From Sedimentisphaerales bacterium (GTDB taxonomy: Bacteria > Planctomycetota > Phycisphaerae > Sedimentisphaerales > SM23-30): DNA of 64,000 bases. The stretch lies in the NCBI GenBank assembly GCA_963666285.1, contig OY762711.1. The stretch is one strand, 5' to 3'. A program made the translations under genes and the position numbers. Shown here piece by piece: positions 59,493-64,000 of this stretch. Under the pieces are notes generated by a model. That model was not told the DNA's origin. It did not search any database and saw only the letters and a list, made by a program, of their open reading frames with translations. Within the stretch, counting starts at the first letter, position 1, and each line of letters opens with the position of its first letter.

Positions 59493-62400
59493 ATGTTCAA
59501 ATTGCTGAAAAAGAGCAAATTAGATGGTATTAATACTGCAGAAATCAAACTTCTCAATTTGCTTATACTGTGTATATTTACATTTGTAAACCTTTATACA
59601 ACACCTGTTTATGCTGGACCGGATGATACCGTTACCCCCGACAGTGGCGTTTATGTTGACGAGGGTGAGGATAATGACGAAGATCCTTTTGATATAAGCA
59701 GTTACTTCGATTTTGAAAATGATGTGCTCGATGTCCTCGTTAACGGCGAGTTAGAGGATGAAGATGACATCGATACCTTCCGGTTCTATGCCCCGGCAGG
59801 TTCCAATATCGATTTTCAGCTTAACCTTAAGACTATTAAATACAATGACATAACATCATTTGAAGCCGGTGTTGATCTGATAGTTTTCATTACCGATAGC
59901 AATACAATCTGGACCGTACAGGATGGTGATGTCTCTCGACTGCTCAGTGATTCTGAGCTGGCAGATGATATCTCCGAATTAGAGCTTGACCAGATTGTTA
60001 TTAACGATATATGGATTACCGATGATAGTGATATCATAATTGCTTTTGATAACGTGATTTATATTGCTGACCTCGACGGCAATCTTCAGCTTCTTTATTC
60101 AGCTTCTGATATTGAAACCGCTACCGGCATATCCGACCCTCAGGTTGTAAATGTCGCCTCCAGTGAAGGTTATATATATATCGCTGATCTGACCAGTTTG
60201 AAACTTCTCCAGGGTGATATGGAGTCCACCGGACTAACTGTAATTGCTGATTATTACGATATTTATGATGCTGTTGATCATAGCGGTCTGACAGTTATCG
60301 AATCTCTCGACGCCGACACTGGTAAGTTCTCACTATTCGAACAGACTATCGCCTCGACAACCGGCACATTCAGGCCGACACATATGATAAAGGTTTCTGG
60401 CAGCGAGATTTACAGCGATGGTTTTTATTGCACCGAGTTCTCTTCCTCTATCGATGGCAACGGTGGCATAACATTTATTACGCCTGATGAATCTGACCCT
60501 ACTGCGGCCGTTTTCAGTCAGTTTATGCCAGCAGATGATGCCATTATTCATCCGACCTGCCTGGCTCTTGATACCACTGGAAGTTTTGATAACTATATGT
60601 ATATGGCTAACTTCGGATCAAATATGGGCAATACTTTTGATGGTAAAGTCTATCAGATCGATGCCGACGGCAACGCAACTGACTTCGTATCTGTATATCT
60701 CAATTCTGATGGTGAAGCTGCTACCAAAGGTACTGATTACCCCACTTACGTTACTGGTTTTTACGATGTTATAGATATGAAATTTTCTAATAATCTTGGT
60801 TCATATGGTGATTATTTATATGTACTTAGCGAAAATATTGATGATGATACCGACCTTGGCAGCGACTCCGATATCTGGCGTATTACACCTCAGGGTGTTG
60901 CCCATCTGTTCGCAGAAAATGTTATGTCTGGTGCCGGTCGAATTGTCTTTGATACCACCGGCAACTTCGACGGCAAGATGATTATTGTACCTTGGTATGG
61001 TACTTCTGATATTGTCACCGTTGATGCTGATGGAACTGTAACTACCTTATATGACGGTATTAGCAGTAATATACTCGGTGCCGAAATTGCACCTGCCGGC
61101 TCAATTTTCGACGGAAGTCTGTTGCTTACCCTTGATGGTGGCGACCTTGTTGGCCTCAATTACGATCCTAATGACCTGCTCGAAGAAACTGACTGGGCCT
61201 CCGATCTGCCTCTGGGTGATATTCCCGGCGGCGACATTGTTTTCGATGGTGACAAAGATATGTATCTACTTGCTGGTGATGAAGATACAAAGGCTATCCT
61301 GAAATATTCAGAGTTGCTTTATTCCTTCGGTGATACCAGGATCCAGACTACTCTTTACAATCGTGAAAACGACCTGCTCCATCAGCCGCATATCTCGGTT
61401 CAGCTTAACGACGAAGTTGCTATTGTTAAAGTTGACGATTTACTGGAAGAACCGACCACATCCGTGGTTATTGATAGCAGCGAGTTTGAATCTGACGATA
61501 CTCTTTCCGATATTGGCTTCTGCTTTGTCCCGAACGGAAACTGTTATATATACAGTAATAATGGTAAATGGATTAAGGTCGCCGATTGGGATGACGACGA
61601 TGTTGCTTTTGGCTCTTTTAACGAAATCTCTTCAATCAGTCATGAAGAAATTGCTGCTGAAACCGGTCAGGAATATCCAGAGATTCTCAATCTGGTGGTT
61701 TCGCCGGAATTAGATTCAGAACCAAATATTCTTTTCGCTGTCACGTCTAATGGTCTTAACAATCTACCTGACAGTGTGTTAGAAACTCCTACCCAGAATA
61801 TAGACGATGATATTCTGTATATGGGCTATATTGACGATGAGGATTATTATCCTACTCTTGCTTATGGTAGTGACAGATTAAATATGGTCCTGGTTAATAT
61901 CTCCGGTCCGACAGATAATCAATCAGTCAGTGTATTAGAATATGCAGATCCAAACGGGGTTTTTGAATATGAATTAACTGAGCTTGAGGGTGGTGATTAT
62001 ACTATAACTCTTGTTGGCGTAGTTAATTATAATGGTGAATATGAGATGCTTATCAGGAACAAAGGTGTACTAAAAGAGTATTTAATTGATGCTGACAACC
62101 CTGAATCTACGCTCACCTTAAGTGATGGCCAGATTGTAAAGCTGGCTATAGATGGTAATGGCCAGGCTCTTGTAACCGCAAACTATAACCCGGAAACCGG
62201 TAATATTACTGATATTTTTGAGATTGAAATCTCTGGCACTAATTCTGGTACGGTGATCGACATACTCAATAATGACGATCCGCATAACCTTGAGGTTAAA
62301 TATATTACGATAAACAATTCTGTTAAGAGCCTTACTTGTCATGGTACTATCGAAGAAGTTAGAACTGAATCTAGTAAGTCCAAGAGAATTAAAAACTTAA

Positions 62401-63491
62401 GCTTCCAGGATGTCGAACAGATTGTGCTGCCGAAATGCGGTATTGATGTCCTGCAGGTCGATAGCCTTGGTTTCAAAGATGATACTGGTGTGAATGGTGT
62501 GGCCGAATCGCAAAATTATGTGACCGCTAAGTATATTAAAGAGATAGACGTTAATGAAGATATCAGCAACATAGTATTTTTCAGCGGAATCTACACCAAT
62601 AATTATAAGCTGATTGATGTTGATGGTGCTGTAATTGGTACTACCTTCTATGGCAGCTCTATTAGTGAGATGGCTATTACCAATAAAGATCAGGATAATA
62701 ACGCTTTCTATGAAAGTAACTGCTATATAAAGGGTAATATTCGTGAATTCCTTGTCACTCGCGGTGATATCAGTAATAGTAACATAATAACTCAGAAAGG
62801 TTATATCCGTGAATTAACTGTTTCCGATGGTAACCTCGAAGATTCGATTATTACTGCGGGTAATAGTACTATTAAGAAATTCGAGATAAATGCCAGCGAT
62901 CAAAACCCTGACAATGGTAATGTCTCTGGCGATACCTTGATTTCTGCCGACACAAATATAGACAGCGTTTTTATAAAAGGTAATTTTGCAAAGACTTGTG
63001 AAATTGACGCCAATAAAAACATGAAAAAGATTATTGTTAGCGGCGATTGTGCCGGACGAATAGAAGCATTTACTCTCGGAGATCTTATGGTTGGCTACGA
63101 TATTAAGGGCAAACGCCTTCAGGAAAGTGGCGACTTTACCGGATCTGATTTTTCCGGCGACCTGCTTTCAACTCTGAATATTAAAGAGGTGAAGATCACC
63201 GGCCAGATGAAAGATGATAATACCGGTCAATCGAATATTGTTTCAACCTATGGCAATATCAAGAATATCTTTATTGAAGATAACGCAAGGGGTTATATTT
63301 ATGCCGGTAAAAATATTACAACTGTGATGGTAGGGCTTATCGATGGTAAACGTAAGCAGATTGCTAACGAAGATGCCGAGGTTAACCTTGAAATTGATGC
63401 CAGGAATCTTACCAGGCTTTATTACACTGGAACCAGGAATGCCGAGTATGTATTGCCAGGCGATCCGACAATTGTAGATTTGAACCCATAG
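59493..63491 (+). CDS. Very acidic large exported protein (PPC-like N-terminus, propeller-like middle, beta-helix-like C-terminus)
   Basis: AAGGAG RBS, signal peptide ending VYA, D/E-rich, GELEDEDDIDTFRF; repetitive I..I.V.G.I..S.I C-terminus. Confidence 0.8.
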   Translation: MFKLLKKSKLDGINTAEIKLLNLLILCIFTFVNLYTTPVYAGPDDTVTPDSGVYVDEGEDNDEDPFDISSYFDFENDVLDVLVNGELEDEDDIDTFRFYAPAGSNIDFQLNLKTIKYNDITSFEAGVDLIVFITDSNTIWTVQDGDVSRLLSDSELADDISELELDQIVINDIWITDDSDIIIAFDNVIYIADLDGNLQLLYSASDIETATGISDPQVVNVASSEGYIYIADLTSLKLLQGDMESTGLTVIADYYDIYDAVDHSGLTVIESLDADTGKFSLFEQTIASTTGTFRPTHMIKVSGSEIYSDGFYCTEFSSSIDGNGGITFITPDESDPTAAVFSQFMPADDAIIHPTCLALDTTGSFDNYMYMANFGSNMGNTFDGKVYQIDADGNATDFVSVYLNSDGEAATKGTDYPTYVTGFYDVIDMKFSNNLGSYGDYLYVLSENIDDDTDLGSDSDIWRITPQGVAHLFAENVMSGAGRIVFDTTGNFDGKMIIVPWYGTSDIVTVDADGTVTTLYDGISSNILGAEIAPAGSIFDGSLLLTLDGGDLVGLNYDPNDLLEETDWASDLPLGDIPGGDIVFDGDKDMYLLAGDEDTKAILKYSELLYSFGDTRIQTTLYNRENDLLHQPHISVQLNDEVAIVKVDDLLEEPTTSVVIDSSEFESDDTLSDIGFCFVPNGNCYIYSNNGKWIKVADWDDDDVAFGSFNEISSISHEEIAAETGQEYPEILNLVVSPELDSEPNILFAVTSNGLNNLPDSVLETPTQNIDDDILYMGYIDDEDYYPTLAYGSDRLNMVLVNISGPTDNQSVSVLEYADPNGVFEYELTELEGGDYTITLVGVVNYNGEYEMLIRNKGVLKEYLIDADNPESTLTLSDGQIVKLAIDGNGQALVTANYNPETGNITDIFEIEISGTNSGTVIDILNNDDPHNLEVKYITINNSVKSLTCHGTIEEVRTESSKSKRIKNLSFQDVEQIVLPKCGIDVLQVDSLGFKDDTGVNGVAESQNYVTAKYIKEIDVNEDISNIVFFSGIYTNNYKLIDVDGAVIGTTFYGSSISEMAITNKDQDNNAFYESNCYIKGNIREFLVTRGDISNSNIITQKGYIRELTVSDGNLEDSIITAGNSTIKKFEINASDQNPDNGNVSGDTLISADTNIDSVFIKGNFAKTCEIDANKNMKKIIVSGDCAGRIEAFTLGDLMVGYDIKGKRLQESGDFTGSDFSGDLLSTLNIKEVKITGQMKDDNTGQSNIVSTYGNIKNIFIEDNARGYIYAGKNITTVMVGLIDGKRKQIANEDAEVNLEIDARNLTRLYYTGTRNAEYVLPGDPTIVDLNP

Positions 63492-63564
63492 ATATATAGA
63501 ACTGAATGTGATTCTAGTAATGATTTTGAGCTATAAGTCTATTGACTGTCTTAATTTAAATAAG

Positions 63565-63597
63565 AAAAAACCCGCAGAGCAATTTGCGGGTTTTTTT
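63565..63597. terminator. Bidirectional rho-independent terminator
   Basis: aaaaaacccgcaga-gcaa-tttgcgggttttttt. Confidence 0.88.
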
Positions 63598-63618
63598 ATA
63601 TTCTTACGGTAATTTGAA

Positions 63619-64000
63619 TTACCATTTGTCTTCGATTTCTTTGATCTTGTCTACTCGACGTTCATGGCGTCCGCCCTGAAACTCGGTATTGAGCCATGAA
63701 TCTACTATTCTGTTTAGTAGTGTATCATTTACCAGCATAGCAGGCAGGCACAAAACGTTTGCATCATTATGTTCGCGAGCTGTTTGTACGAACATCTCAT
63801 CCTGGCATAATGCGGCACGGATACCTTTTACTTTGTTTGCTACTATCGACATTCCAATACCGCTGCCGCAGATAAGAATACCGTTATCTGCCTCTCCGCT
63901 CGCTACCGCATTACATGCCGGCAGGGCGTAGTCTGGATAGTCGCAGCTTTTAGATTCTCCTGTGCCAAAATCTATTATTTCGTGGCCCGTTTTCTTCAAA
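63619..64000 (-). CDS. rpiB: Ribose-5-phosphate isomerase B (5' end outside window)
   Basis: DYPDYA, GILICGSGIGMSIVANK..GIRAA, AREHNDANVL, F.GGRH.RR. Confidence 0.95.
   Translation of the reverse strand, partial: LKKTGHEIIDFGTGESKSCDYPDYALPACNAVASGEADNGILICGSGIGMSIVANKVKGIRAALCQDEMFVQTAREHNDANVLCLPAMLVNDTLLNRIVDSWLNTEFQGGRHERRVDKIKEIEDKW

Overview
Bacterial chromosomal window. It is inferred (not proven) to come from a Phycisphaerae/Sedimentisphaerales-type planctomycete, because it has mreB, Rhodopirellula/Verrucomicrobium-type ECF sigma-FecR pairs, and many secreted acidic proteins with dockerin-like C-termini. 1-11.65 kb is the right end of a genomic island ending in a degenerate 3' half of tRNA-Met (att site). 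The island carries an AT-rich type II restriction-modification pair, two IS256-family copies, an IS3-family element interrupted by one of the IS256 copies, and a large C10 peptidase/GLUG/dockerin gene. 12-28 kb is largely core: BNR/sialidase-like gene, dtd, mreB, ACT protein, a YtrA/GntR-ABC operon, a NusG paralog, YqaA/DedA and tRNA-Thr(TGT). Its intergenic DNA is built from recurring repeat modules. 29.5-32.6 kb is a cluster of small accessory membrane genes. 33-56 kb holds two parallel ECF sigma/FecR modules followed by secreted dockerin-like proteins (a GDPD and a GH78 rhamnosidase), then a GLUG protein. After that come a 5'-truncated six-hairpin glycosidase, a very acidic 1332-aa surface protein and partial rpiB. 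Best leads: (1) a full tripartite -1 frameshift-like signal (internal SD, U_UUU_UUU, hairpin) joining the GH78 enzyme to its LamG/dockerin tail; (2) a promoter-driven structured RNA candidate in the IS3 3' tail; (3) a repeated 'sigma/anti-sigma + non-catalytic partner + enzyme sharing one unnamed domain' architecture; (4) ~10.5-bp-period GC-rich arrays and modular hairpin/heptamer repeats. All identities and structures were judged by eye; no searches were run.
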